Below are positions 1 to 9,397 of a DNA stretch of 64,000 bases, piece after piece. A program made the translations under genes and the position numbers. The notes under the pieces are model-generated. The model was not told the DNA's origin. It ran no database searches and saw nothing but the letters and a program-made list of their open reading frames with translations. Each line of letters starts with the position of its first letter. Position 1 is the first letter of the stretch. Source of the stretch: an uncultured delta proteobacterium (lineage in GTDB: Bacteria > Desulfobacterota > BSN033 > UBA1163); the NCBI GenBank assembly GCA_963708295.1, contig CAVPSJ010000017.1, forward strand, positions 224,001 through 288,000. The letters are read 5' to 3'.

Positions 1-806
1 GCCATTGGTGAGCATACGGCGCGGGTGACATGGCTGGAGTTTCCAGACTGCAATATACAACTGAAACGAGGCTGATACGCGTCATGTGTTCCGGGAGAGT
101 CGACCTGGAATTCGTACTCCGGGCTTTCTCAAATGGAATGGATGGGGTGTTGATCGGTGGTTGCCGCCTTAATGAATGTAATTATATTACCCATGGAAAT
201 TATCATGCGCTCACCATGGCGCTTCTCTGTAAAAGGATAATGGAACACATCGGCCTGAACCCGGAAAGGTTGCGGATCGAATTTATGTCTTCCGCTGAAG
301 GAAACCGGTTTGCCGACGTGATGGGTGAGTTTGGCAACCAGGTGAAGGAGTTAGGACCCCTCGGCAAAGGTAAAGGTGAAGGAATTGAACGAAATGCATT
401 AAAGTCCAAACTTGCAGAAATGACAAAGCTGGTCCCATACATCAAGCTGGTGAAAAATGAGAAGCTGGCATCCCGTCTTACGAACCCGGAAGAATATGAC
501 AAACTTTTCACCAAAGACGAAATAGACAAGTTATTCAGCGAAATCATCTCGTACTATATCGACCCGGAAAAGTGCCAGGCCTGCATGACTTGCGCGAAGC
601 GATGCCCGGTCGAGGCGATACTCAGTGCCAAGAACCAGGTCCACGTCATTGATCAGGAGAAATGCATCAAATGCGGAACCTGCTTTGAAGTTTGCCCTCC
701 TAAATTTGGTGCGGTGACGAAGATTTCCGGCGGGCCTGTTCCGCCTCCTCTTCCTGAAGATAAAAGAACGATCGTCAGAAAGAGCAAAGAAAAGAAAGAG
801 AGTTGA
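1..806 (+). CDS. mvhD: MvhD/BamF-like hydrogenase iron-sulfur subunit with C-terminal 2x[4Fe-4S] domain; selenoprotein, 5'-partial
   Basis: The frame upstream of ATG30 reads (C)-H-W-TGA(9-11)-A-Y-G-A-G-D, the MvhD CxWCxY motif with U for C. Also RVMCSGRVD, GGC..EC.Y..GN and two CxxCxxCxxxCP motifs. Confidence 0.88.
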
Positions 807-845
807 TACGCTTCAGCAGTTTGAGTGAAAGCAACCAGAACACAT

Positions 846-925
846 AAATCCCCCTCAATCCCCCTTTACAAAAAGGGGAGGAACATCTCCTCCCTTTGGC
901 AAAGGGAGGTCGGGAGGGATTTTAT
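846..925. repeat. REP-like intergenic palindromic element
   Basis: aaatccccctc...cccctttacaaaaagggg...ctccctttggcaaagggag...gagggattt; nested hairpins inside inverted ends. Confidence 0.6.
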
Positions 926-980
926 AAATAGGTTTTCTAAGCACTTTTTCAACGGTACTAATCACCTGTAGGAGGTCATC

Positions 981-3095
981 GTGTCTCCAGTTAGCGCAAC
1001 CTATTGGGGCATACCGGGCTATGTCCTTTTCTGGGTCTTGTTCGTCATCGCCGTCGCCTTATTTGCGCAGAGGGCTTATTTCCTCTTTCGCCTGATGTGT
1101 CTGGGGAAGCCGGAGAACCGCTTCGACAGAATAGGGCAGAGACTCAGGACGATGCTGGTCGAGGTTGTCCCTCAGTGGTGCAGCCTGAAAACCGTCACGG
1201 GAAAGGACCTGTCCGGGATCGGACATGCTCTGTTATTCTGGGGCTTCAGCCTGTTTCTCATCAGTTACATCATCTTTATTGGCTTGGCCGGGGGTTTTGG
1301 ACTTTCCCATGTGATTGAGGGGACCGCCTTTGAGATGATTTATTTGTCCATTCTGGATATTGCAGCGTTATGGGTCATCATCGTTTTAATCTGGGCAGGC
1401 ATCAGGCGTTATATCGTCAGGCCGGAAAGACTGCAGATCAGCGCCGAGGCAGCCATCATCCTGATCGTGGTCTTCAGCCTTATGGTGCTCCATTTTTGCA
1501 TCGAGGGCTTCGGCTTCGCAGGCTCCGGGAATATCCCAGACTGGCCCCCTGTGGGGGCGGCGTTCGCTCGCTTCCTATCCGGCACCGGTATCTCAAGAAG
1601 CACGCTGATGGGGGTTTCCCAGGCGGCTTGGTGGCTTCACTACATGGTGATCCTCGGCTTTATGGTCTATATCCCACGCTCAAAGCACCTGCACGTTCTC
1701 GCCTCCCTCTTCAATGCCTTCTTCAAACCACTGGGACCTAAAGTGGTGCTTGAGCCCATCCCTGTTGAAGCGGAGACCTTTGGCGCATCGAAGATTCAGG
1801 ACTTTACCTGGAAGGACTTGCTCGACCTTTATGCCTGTGCCGTCTGCGGTCGGTGCCATGCTAATTGTCCCGCCCACCTGAGCGGCAAGACCCTCTCGCC
1901 TCGAGAGGTCATTCATAACCTGAAAGAACATTTACTGGAGGCGGGCCCTGAATTGCTCGCCAGTCAGCTTGCCGCCAAGGCGAAGGTGTTATCGAAAAGC
2001 CCGGGGGAAAACCCGGCCGAGACCCCGGCTGAGACCCAACCCGAAGCTCAAGGTGAGACCCAACCCAAGACCCAACCTAAGGAAATGATCGGTGATGTGG
2101 TCACTGAGGCAGAGATCTGGGCCTGCACCACCTGTGGCGCCTGCCAGGAGGTATGCCCGGTCAATATAGAACACATACGTAAGATCATCGAACTCAGGCG
2201 CAATCTGGTGATGGCGCAGAGCAAGATGCCGGAAAGCGCCCAGCTGATGCTCAGAAATATGCAGCAAAGAGGACACCCATGGGCCGGAATCCAGTCAATG
2301 AGGTTGAGGGGCGACTGGACAACCGATCAGGAGCTCAAGGTATTGGCTGAAGGTGACAACGCGGATACCCTCTTCTGGGTGGGTTGCACCGGGGCTCTTG
2401 TTGAGCGCAACGTCAAAGCGACTCTTTCCATGACGAGGGTGCTGAAAGCGGCGGGTGTCGATTTCGCGGTATTAGGCGATGCCGAGACTTGCTGCGGTGA
2501 CCCGGCACGAAGGGCAGGGTATGAGTTCCAGTTTCAGATCATGGCAGAGCAAAATATAGAAATCTTCAAGAGCCATAACATTAAAGAGATTGTGACCTCC
2601 TGTCCCCACTGCTATAATACCCTTAAGCATGAGTATCCTAAGTACGGCGGCGAGTTCAAGGTGGTTCACTATACCCAGCTCATTGCCGATTTCATCGGGC
2701 AGGGAAAATTGAAGCTTACCAACGAGCTGAATTCCAAACTCACCTATCATGACCCCTGCTATTTAGGCCGATATAACGGCGTCTATCAGGAGCCGCGCCG
2801 GATATTGCAGGCGATCCCCAAGACGAAGCTTGCGGAAATGGAACGCTCGCGAAACACGGGTTTTTGCTGCGGCGGCGGGGGGGGGCTCATGTGGATAGAA
2901 GAGCAGCCGGGTACAACAAAGATTAATCAAGTGCGTCTTGAGGATGCTCTCAAGACCGGGGCCGAGACGGTCGTGACCGCCTGCCCTTATTGTCTGCAGA
3001 TGTTCGAGGACAGCATCGACCATAAAGGTGTGAAGGATTCGTTGAAGGCAAGAGACCTTGTTGAACTCGTTGAAGAAGCCATAAAACAATCTTAA
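981..3095 (+). CDS. Membrane-anchored FeS oxidoreductase (DUF224/FadF/HdrD-like), probable ETF:menaquinone oxidoreductase
   Basis: N-terminal TM helices with His residues, two 4Fe-4S motifs (CAVCGRC, CTTCGAC), two CCG domains (CCGDP, YHDPCYLGR, CCGGGGG); upstream of etfBA. Confidence 0.9.
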   Translation: MSPVSATYWGIPGYVLFWVLFVIAVALFAQRAYFLFRLMCLGKPENRFDRIGQRLRTMLVEVVPQWCSLKTVTGKDLSGIGHALLFWGFSLFLISYIIFIGLAGGFGLSHVIEGTAFEMIYLSILDIAALWVIIVLIWAGIRRYIVRPERLQISAEAAIILIVVFSLMVLHFCIEGFGFAGSGNIPDWPPVGAAFARFLSGTGISRSTLMGVSQAAWWLHYMVILGFMVYIPRSKHLHVLASLFNAFFKPLGPKVVLEPIPVEAETFGASKIQDFTWKDLLDLYACAVCGRCHANCPAHLSGKTLSPREVIHNLKEHLLEAGPELLASQLAAKAKVLSKSPGENPAETPAETQPEAQGETQPKTQPKEMIGDVVTEAEIWACTTCGACQEVCPVNIEHIRKIIELRRNLVMAQSKMPESAQLMLRNMQQRGHPWAGIQSMRLRGDWTTDQELKVLAEGDNADTLFWVGCTGALVERNVKATLSMTRVLKAAGVDFAVLGDAETCCGDPARRAGYEFQFQIMAEQNIEIFKSHNIKEIVTSCPHCYNTLKHEYPKYGGEFKVVHYTQLIADFIGQGKLKLTNELNSKLTYHDPCYLGRYNGVYQEPRRILQAIPKTKLAEMERSRNTGFCCGGGGGLMWIEEQPGTTKINQVRLEDALKTGAETVVTACPYCLQMFEDSIDHKGVKDSLKARDLVELVEEAIKQS

Positions 3096-3159
3096 TTAGG
3101 CCCTTGTCAATAAGATTGTCCGCAAAATGGTAACAAAGTTATTCACTATCAAGGGGCTC

Positions 3160-3320
3160 TAAATTCGAAGCACGAAATCCGAAATTCGAAACAATCTCAA
3201 ATGACCAAATTTTAAATGTTCCAAACAAAAGAGTTTAGAGAATTTGAATTTTGAAAATTCGAATTTGTTTCGGATTGGTCCGAGACGGACGCTTCGCCCG
3301 ATATTCGGATTTCGGATTTA
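3160..3320. repeat. Long imperfect inverted repeat built from heptamer units (aaatccg/aaattcg ... cggattt)
   Basis: aaattcgaagcacgaaatccgaaattcgaaacaa ... tttgtttcggatt...ttcggatttcggattt. Confidence 0.65.
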
Positions 3321-3378
3321 ACTGAAAACTTGTTTGGTTCCCCGGCAAGCCGGGGGTTAGGAGAGGAGGAGGAGCAGT

Positions 3379-4173
3379 ATGAATACCATCGTCTGTGTGA
3401 AACAGGTACTTGACCCCGAAATACCACCAGCCAAATTCAAGATTGACCCCGGGACGAAACAGGTGATTCCTCCCCCCGGAGTGCCGCCTGTGATCAGTGT
3501 CTATGATGAACGAGCGGTTGAGGCGGCATGCCGGCTCAAAGATAAGCACAAAGGGAAAATAACAGTGATCAGCATGGGGTCAGCGAAAGCTGCCGACGTG
3601 ATCAAGCACGCCATATCGATGGGGGCCGACGATGGGTTTGTTCTCCAGGATCCGGCCTTCGAAAACCTGGATAGTTTTGGCACGGCGTATGTCTTGTCGA
3701 AAGCGATCCAGAAAATCGGCGGGTATGACCTGGTTCTGTGCGGCCGGCAGGCCGCGGACTGGGGTGCCAGTCAGGTTGGCTCGATCCTGGCTGAAATACT
3801 TGGCCTCCCTGTCATGACCCTCGCCTGTGCGATCGAGGCAGTGGACAAGAAGCTTAAGGTAAAGAGGATGGTGAAGGATGGCTTTGAAGTACTGGAAGCT
3901 CCTATGCCAAGCCTGGTGACCGTCAGCAGTGAGATTGGTCTTCCGCGTCTTCCCGGTGGGATGGGCCTCATGATGGCCCGCAAAAAGCAGATTCCGATCT
4001 GGAAGGCGCAGGATATCGGGGCTGAGCCCTCGAAGCTGGACAAGGCAAATGCCCATACCGAAGTCACCGCTCTCTCTGTGCCGACCCGAAAGACTGAATG
4101 TGAGATCATTGCAGGAGGGACTCCGGCTGAAGCCGCCGCCAATCTGGCCTCGAAGATTGCTAAACTGATATGA
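3379..4173 (+). CDS. etfB: Electron transfer flavoprotein beta subunit
   Basis: IVCVKQVLDP, D..AVE.A, GRQAAD..QVG motifs; good RBS. Confidence 0.96.
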   Translation: MNTIVCVKQVLDPEIPPAKFKIDPGTKQVIPPPGVPPVISVYDERAVEAACRLKDKHKGKITVISMGSAKAADVIKHAISMGADDGFVLQDPAFENLDSFGTAYVLSKAIQKIGGYDLVLCGRQAADWGASQVGSILAEILGLPVMTLACAIEAVDKKLKVKRMVKDGFEVLEAPMPSLVTVSSEIGLPRLPGGMGLMMARKKQIPIWKAQDIGAEPSKLDKANAHTEVTALSVPTRKTECEIIAGGTPAEAAANLASKIAKLI

Positions 4174-4307
4174 CGATACTACAAGTCAGATAGGTTGAGG
4201 TTAAGTTTAAGGTTGAGAAATTCAAAATCTGAACCTTGACCTAAACCTGGATGAAATACTTGTCTGAAGTCCAGTGTCTGAATTATAAATGAACGGGAGG
4301 GCATTCC

Positions 4308-5309
4308 ATGGATACTCATAAGGGTGTTTTAGTTTGTGGTGAGATCGCTGAAGGGAAGTTGGCGCCGATCACAATAGAACTCCTCGGAGCCGGAAGAAAA
4401 CTCGCCAGTGAACTGGGCGAGGAATTAAGCGCCCTGTTGATGGGCAGCAAAACAGGCGCCTTGGGCCAGGAGGCAATCGCCTATGGAGCCGACAATGTCT
4501 ACGTTGCTGAAGATAGTTTCCTGGATCAATATAACTCCGATGCCTACACTCAGGTGGCGGCTGACGTTTGCCGGAAGGCGCTTCCTTCCATTATGCTTCT
4601 CGGCCATACCGATGTCGGTTGTGATTTGGCTCCGCGACTCAATGGCCGCTTGGGGGGCGGACTTGCAATAGATTGTCTTTCGTTATCCGTCGACCCGGCG
4701 ACCAAGCTCCTGGTCTCGACGAGGCCTGTCTTTGGCGGGAACGCCCATGCCACGATGATATCCAAGTCTGCCCGTCCTCAGATGGCTACGGTAAGACCGA
4801 AAATAATGCCGCCTGCAGAGCGCAATGATTCCCGGCAGGGCAAGGTTATTCCTGTAGAAGGCAAGGTCGACCCATCGGCGCTTAAAGTCAAGGTCGTCGA
4901 TCGGATCAAAGAGGAAGTGGAAGGGGTGAAGCTGGAAGATGCTGAAGTCGTCGTGGCCGGTGGCCGCGGCATGGGCAGTGCTCAAAACTTCGGGATGCTC
5001 AAGGAGCTGGCTGGCATTCTGGGCGGCGCTATCGGTGCGACCCGGCCTGCCTGTGACGAGGGTTGGGCCCCGGTGACACTCCAGGTGGGCCAGAGCGGAA
5101 AGGTGGTCAGCCCTAAACTATACATCGCCGTCGCTCTCTCCGGCGCCATGTCGCATATCGCCGGCTGTTTGGGATCAAAGGCCATTGTGGCGATCAATAA
5201 GGATAAGGAGGCGAATATCTTCAGCGTCGCCCACTTCGGCATCGTCGCGGATTATAAAGAAGTCTTGCCTACTCTGATCGCGAAACTCAAGGAGCTAAAA
5301 TCAAAATAA
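4308..5309 (+). CDS. etfA: Electron transfer flavoprotein alpha subunit
   Basis: VVAGGRGMG, GATRPA, QVGQSGK, AINKD..ANIF motifs. Confidence 0.96.
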   Translation: MDTHKGVLVCGEIAEGKLAPITIELLGAGRKLASELGEELSALLMGSKTGALGQEAIAYGADNVYVAEDSFLDQYNSDAYTQVAADVCRKALPSIMLLGHTDVGCDLAPRLNGRLGGGLAIDCLSLSVDPATKLLVSTRPVFGGNAHATMISKSARPQMATVRPKIMPPAERNDSRQGKVIPVEGKVDPSALKVKVVDRIKEEVEGVKLEDAEVVVAGGRGMGSAQNFGMLKELAGILGGAIGATRPACDEGWAPVTLQVGQSGKVVSPKLYIAVALSGAMSHIAGCLGSKAIVAINKDKEANIFSVAHFGIVADYKEVLPTLIAKLKELKSK

Positions 5310-5332
5310 GCCACGGATTTAAATAGCCAAAT

Positions 5333-5365
5333 AAAAAAGGGAGCCCAAAGGCTCCCTTTTTCTTT
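5333..5365. terminator. Bidirectional rho-independent terminator
   Basis: aaaaaagggagcc-caaa-ggctcccttttt between convergent genes. Confidence 0.85.
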
Positions 5366-5426
5366 ATTGTTGAACTAAAAAAAAGGAGTAACTTTTTGCA
5401 GAGAATTTCCTTACGATAAAAAACAA

Positions 5427-5837
5427 TTATGAGGATGAGCGCGACGGCTGGAGCATGCTTACCCTGTTGCCTTCCGTGTCAATAAATGACACGTACAACC
5501 CAACGCCGGGGATATCCCACGGCTCTCCGAGCACCTTACCGCCCGCCTTTTCCACATCCTTCATACGCTTCTTAATATCTTCGACCGCAATTACCACGGA
5601 AGGATATTGGGCGGGTTTGTCGTCCGACTTTGGGAAGAAGCCGCCGTTGATGACGCCCGGCCTCTTCGGACGCCCCGTTTCGTCAGATTCCCCGGTGGTG
5701 GCAATCACATAGTCCCCCATTTCTGAGCCTAACATCTGTGTTCTCCAACCAAACACCTTTGTGTAGAAATCTGCCATGCGTTTTCTGTCTTCCGCCGGCA
5801 TCTCGAAGTGAACAACCGGATCCATATGTTTTGCCAT
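5427..5837 (-). CDS. VOC/glyoxalase family protein
   Basis: VVHFEMPA, FY..VFGW, INGG, DTEGNRVS motifs. Confidence 0.9.
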   Translation of the reverse strand: MAKHMDPVVHFEMPAEDRKRMADFYTKVFGWRTQMLGSEMGDYVIATTGESDETGRPKRPGVINGGFFPKSDDKPAQYPSVVIAVEDIKKRMKDVEKAGGKVLGEPWDIPGVGLYVSFIDTEGNRVSMLQPSRSSS

Positions 5838-6262
5838 GGTCCTCTCCTTTCTCAGGGGCCAAACCCCTGAAGTTATCCTGATAAAAACGTAATCCTTCTT
5901 TTCCCAGTGTCAAGGAACGGAAACCCCCCGATTGCCGAACCCAGGCGAAACAAAGTTCGTCCGAGACCTTATCACGTATCTCGATTACCCTCCTCTCATC
6001 TAAGGGTTAATATCCCTTTCAAATCGCAATTTCTTCGCAGGTGCGTATAGTGGCAAGTATATGTTCAGTTTCTGGATACTGAAATCCTCAAGGAAAAGGT
6101 TTGCCTCAATGGTGCAGATTTCACCCCGAAATCGATTATGCTGACAATTCTTGTAAATGGTAAAGTTCATCCTTACGCAGTCCCAAAAATGCTTGACAAA
6201 AGGATTCTGTTTTTATACTGGATTAGATAGTTTTAAAGGAGGGAAGGGTTTTTATTGAAAAA

Positions 6263-6784
6263 TTGAATGAGGAGGGACTTATGGGAAGGGTCGAAGGAAT
6301 CATCAAATCTGAAATTGTACGTTTGGCGAGAAGGGAGATAAGGAAGATTTCTGTTCCCTTAGCCCGTGATGTCTGGTTTCTGAAAAGTGTGGTCTCACAG
6401 CTTCGCAAAGCCGTTTTGACGCTTCAGCGGATCACAGCTAGCCAGCAAAAAGAGTTGGAAAAAGGTAAGACTCCAATCGAGGCAACCCCCGAAGAGGTGA
6501 AGGAGTCCCGTTTCTCTCCCCGGCTAATCAGAAGCCTTCGTAGGCATTTGGGCATTACCCAGAAAGAACTGGCGATTCTTACAGGGGTCACCGTTGGGGC
6601 AGCCCATCAATGGGAGATCGGACGGTTTAAGCCAAGCATGAAGAAGAAGGCGGTGATGGTGGCGCTTCGAAAGCTAAGCCGCCGCGAGGTTCGAAAGCTC
6701 CTCGAAGAAAAAGGGACCCAGATGGTGGAAAAGAAGGTTCCTTCGCGCGGGAGGAAACGTACAAAAAAGGTCCGTGGGAAATAG
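6263..6784 (+). CDS. XRE-family HTH protein with N-terminal coiled coil (start probably ATG 6281)
   Basis: IRSLRRHLGITQKELAILTGVT...QWE.G...P helix-turn-helix. Confidence 0.85.
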   Translation: MNEEGLMGRVEGIIKSEIVRLARREIRKISVPLARDVWFLKSVVSQLRKAVLTLQRITASQQKELEKGKTPIEATPEEVKESRFSPRLIRSLRRHLGITQKELAILTGVTVGAAHQWEIGRFKPSMKKKAVMVALRKLSRREVRKLLEEKGTQMVEKKVPSRGRKRTKKVRGK

Positions 6785-6975
6785 CATCCTATCCCTTCAT
6801 GATTCATTTCAATCTCTTGCTAGAAATTTTCCTGGCCTTTTATTATTTCTCTCTCACCCTTTTAATTAAACATATCTACGCATAATCCGTTGTATTAAAG
6901 AGTTATGTCGCTTAAGTTCAAAAGTAAGATAAGTGAGAGGATTAAGACTCGGATAGCCATTTTCAATTAAGCCCC

Positions 6976-7218
6976 TCAATCCTCAACCATATAAAACCAT
7001 TCCATTTCCTTCTCATCATAGTATATCTTGTGTGTTTTCCCATCACTCCCTTTGACTTTAAAGAACCTTCTTCTTACCCTATCTTCGATCCCTTCTTCAA
7101 TCCACATATTCAGAATTGCAACCACTTCAATTTTTTCATTATGGATTAGGATGGACCGTGGGGTTTCCTCACCTCGATACCCCGAATAAGTAATGACATC
7201 AATTCGATTATTAGACAT
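6976..7218 (-). CDS. Small conserved hypothetical protein
   Basis: YSGYRGEETPR...W.EE...RRFFKV...YYD..W pattern; ATG at 7218 preceded by GAGG. Confidence 0.7.
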   Translation of the reverse strand: MSNNRIDVITYSGYRGEETPRSILIHNEKIEVVAILNMWIEEGIEDRVRRRFFKVKGSDGKTHKIYYDEKEMEWFYMVED

Positions 7219-7502
7219 ACCCTCAAACCAGACACACCCCATCCCAACTTCTTTTGAAATTTCTAACGAGGGATACCCCTTGTTAATTCGTGTTATCTCA
7301 AAAAGCTTGATATCATCTTTTTCTTCTATCTCGTTGATCAGTCCACTGCATTTAAAAATAATGGCTGCAATCTCCATTATTATATATTTTCAAAAAAAAC
7401 AAGCAATGGACAAAGATATCTTCCTCAATTTTTGGAAAAGGTGTATATTACTACCACAAATGAACAACGGATTCAGGGTTCAAAAAGGCCTTTTGAAAGG
7501 CT

Positions 7503-7961
7503 GTGACAAGGATGACTAAAAACGAGGTGATGAAAATGAAGAATTTAGTTCATAGGATTGATATCTTATTGGTGTTGATTCTAGGGTTTTTGGTAGTGAC
7601 ATTAGCGGTTACTATCTTTTCTGTGTGGGCTGGAGAGATTCCGCGCATCACACCGGAGGGATTGAAGAAAATGATCGACAGCAAGGCGGATATCGTGGTG
7701 GTGGATAATCAACCCAAAACTGAATACAACAAGGCGCATATCCCTGGAGCAGTTAACTTGCCTTGGGCGATGGAAATAGAGGGACCCGGGGACCTTCCTC
7801 GCGATAAGCCGCTCATTCTTTATTGCGGTTGTGCCCATGAGGAGGATTCTGGTTCCGTGGCCGATCAGCTTATAGAAAATTTCGGGTATGAGCAGATCAA
7901 ACTTCTTAAAGGTGGTTTGTCGCAATGGCAAAAGTTAGGTTATCCCGTCGAAAAAAAATAG
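7503..7961 (+). CDS. Exported rhodanese-domain protein (YCGC active-site loop)
   Basis: Signal/TM segment, HIPGAVNLP, LYCGCAHEEDS, LKGGLSQW. Confidence 0.9.
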   Translation: MTRMTKNEVMKMKNLVHRIDILLVLILGFLVVTLAVTIFSVWAGEIPRITPEGLKKMIDSKADIVVVDNQPKTEYNKAHIPGAVNLPWAMEIEGPGDLPRDKPLILYCGCAHEEDSGSVADQLIENFGYEQIKLLKGGLSQWQKLGYPVEKK

Positions 7962-7982
7962 TGAAGAAAGGAATCTAGAGAG

Positions 7983-8624
7983 ATGAGAGAAAAGAAAAGG
8001 ATATGGCTGGTCTTTTTAATGGTTTTGCTGGTAATGTTTTCAGTGGAGGGTATCTTTATTTATGCGGGAGCTGGCGAGAGCAAGAAACTTCCCAAGGTTG
8101 GGCCCGTGAAGATGAATCCACATCCATCCAGCCTGGAAGGGAAGACAGTTGTGTTACGCTGGAATGGGAAATACAATGGGGATAAATACCTCAGCCGAGT
8201 AGGAGAGTTGATGAGTCAACAGATAAAGACCGTAAAGATCATTAAGATGTGGGAGATAGACAAAAGCACAGCCGCCATTTCCAAGAATGCGGAAGTGAGC
8301 GAGCAGGTAGCTGCGAGCATTGCTAAACTGAAGCCGGATTTGGTCATTGCTGCCCAGGCTGACTGAGGGATCTGTACGTCATGGCTGGTAGTTGACCAGC
8401 TCAATTTGGAAAAGAAGGGGATTCCTACCGTAACCGTGGTAACCACGGCTTTTGAAGAGATGGTTAGGTCGTTGATGAAAGATCAGGGAGTATCAGAGAT
8501 GGCTTTGGTGGTTGAGGAGCACCCCATTGCGGGTCATAATCTGGAGGGGATCCGGAAAAAAGTGGACGCGGCTTTCCCTGTCATTCTTAAGGCAGCAACA
8601 CAATGGCAACCAGAGAAGAAATGA
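7983..8624 (+). CDS. UGSC-family selenoprotein, short form (D-U-G-I-C), 213 aa, exported
   Basis: ORFs 7983-8366 and 8406-8624 are in frame across TGA 8364-8366: AAQAD-U-GICTSW...EKKGIPTV. SECIS-like hairpin follows. Confidence 0.88.
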
Positions 8625-8645
8625 TGGGAAGAGGAGGCGGGATCG

Positions 8646-9194
8646 ATGGATGAGATAGGAGCCAGCGGACAGATGGCAATTTTAAAAGAGAGATCAGGTT
8701 GGTTGAAGAAGGTTGCGGCCAACCGGTATGTGATCCTGGTTCTTCGTTTGATCTTGGCAGCATTTTTCCTCACCTCATCTTACGGTAAGTTGGTAGATAT
8801 TGAGCGCTATTCGGTAGATGCGGTATATAACTTTGGTATCTTGCCGATGGTGCTAGCTCGTCCTTTTGGATTAGTGATGCCGTTCATCGAACTGCTGTGC
8901 GGCCTTGGGTTACTCTTTGGGGTCTTAACCCGATTGTCGGCGCTTGGAATTGCTCTGATGAGCCTATCTTTTTTTATCGCCAAGGCGATCGTCCTTTCTC
9001 AGGGCCGCAGCATCGAATGCGGCTGTTTTGGGGCCGTCATTGATACGTTAGCCTCGGTGACGATCTTCATGGATATCCCCATGATGGTCTTGGCCTTGGT
9101 CATTATGTTTTCAGCTCCTGCAGCTCGGCACTGGTTGGCGATTGGAAAGTTGTTACCCCTGTCATGGAGAGATAAGCTTCATCTAATCTGGTGA
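8646..9194 (+). CDS. MauE/DoxX family membrane protein
   Basis: LRLILA.FF...GKL, PFIELLCGLGLL, CGCFG motif. Confidence 0.88.
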   Translation: MDEIGASGQMAILKERSGWLKKVAANRYVILVLRLILAAFFLTSSYGKLVDIERYSVDAVYNFGILPMVLARPFGLVMPFIELLCGLGLLFGVLTRLSALGIALMSLSFFIAKAIVLSQGRSIECGCFGAVIDTLASVTIFMDIPMMVLALVIMFSAPAARHWLAIGKLLPLSWRDKLHLIW

Positions 9195-9397
9195 GAAATG
9201 CTTGAAGTAGCGTATAAGAAATATCCTAGGACGGAGTTCGTCAAAACTCCCTTTCCCTTTTTGTATTAAGGAATTTAGGATGATTTCTTTGCGTGACAAG
9301 GATGAATAAAAGGAAGGAGGTGGTACTTACTTAAAGGCATAACTAAGTAGCAAAGGAGGGTGACGTTCTAAAACCTCTAAAAAGAAGGGAGAAACCT

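Noticed and set aside
4190-4250. Hexamer inverted repeat between etfB and etfA, and hairpin at 32701-32741
   Set aside because: Short generic intergenic palindromes with no further support for a specific function.
7820-7840. Rhodaneses as selenoproteins
   Set aside because: Both CxC motifs use TGC/TGT codons; no in-frame TGA.
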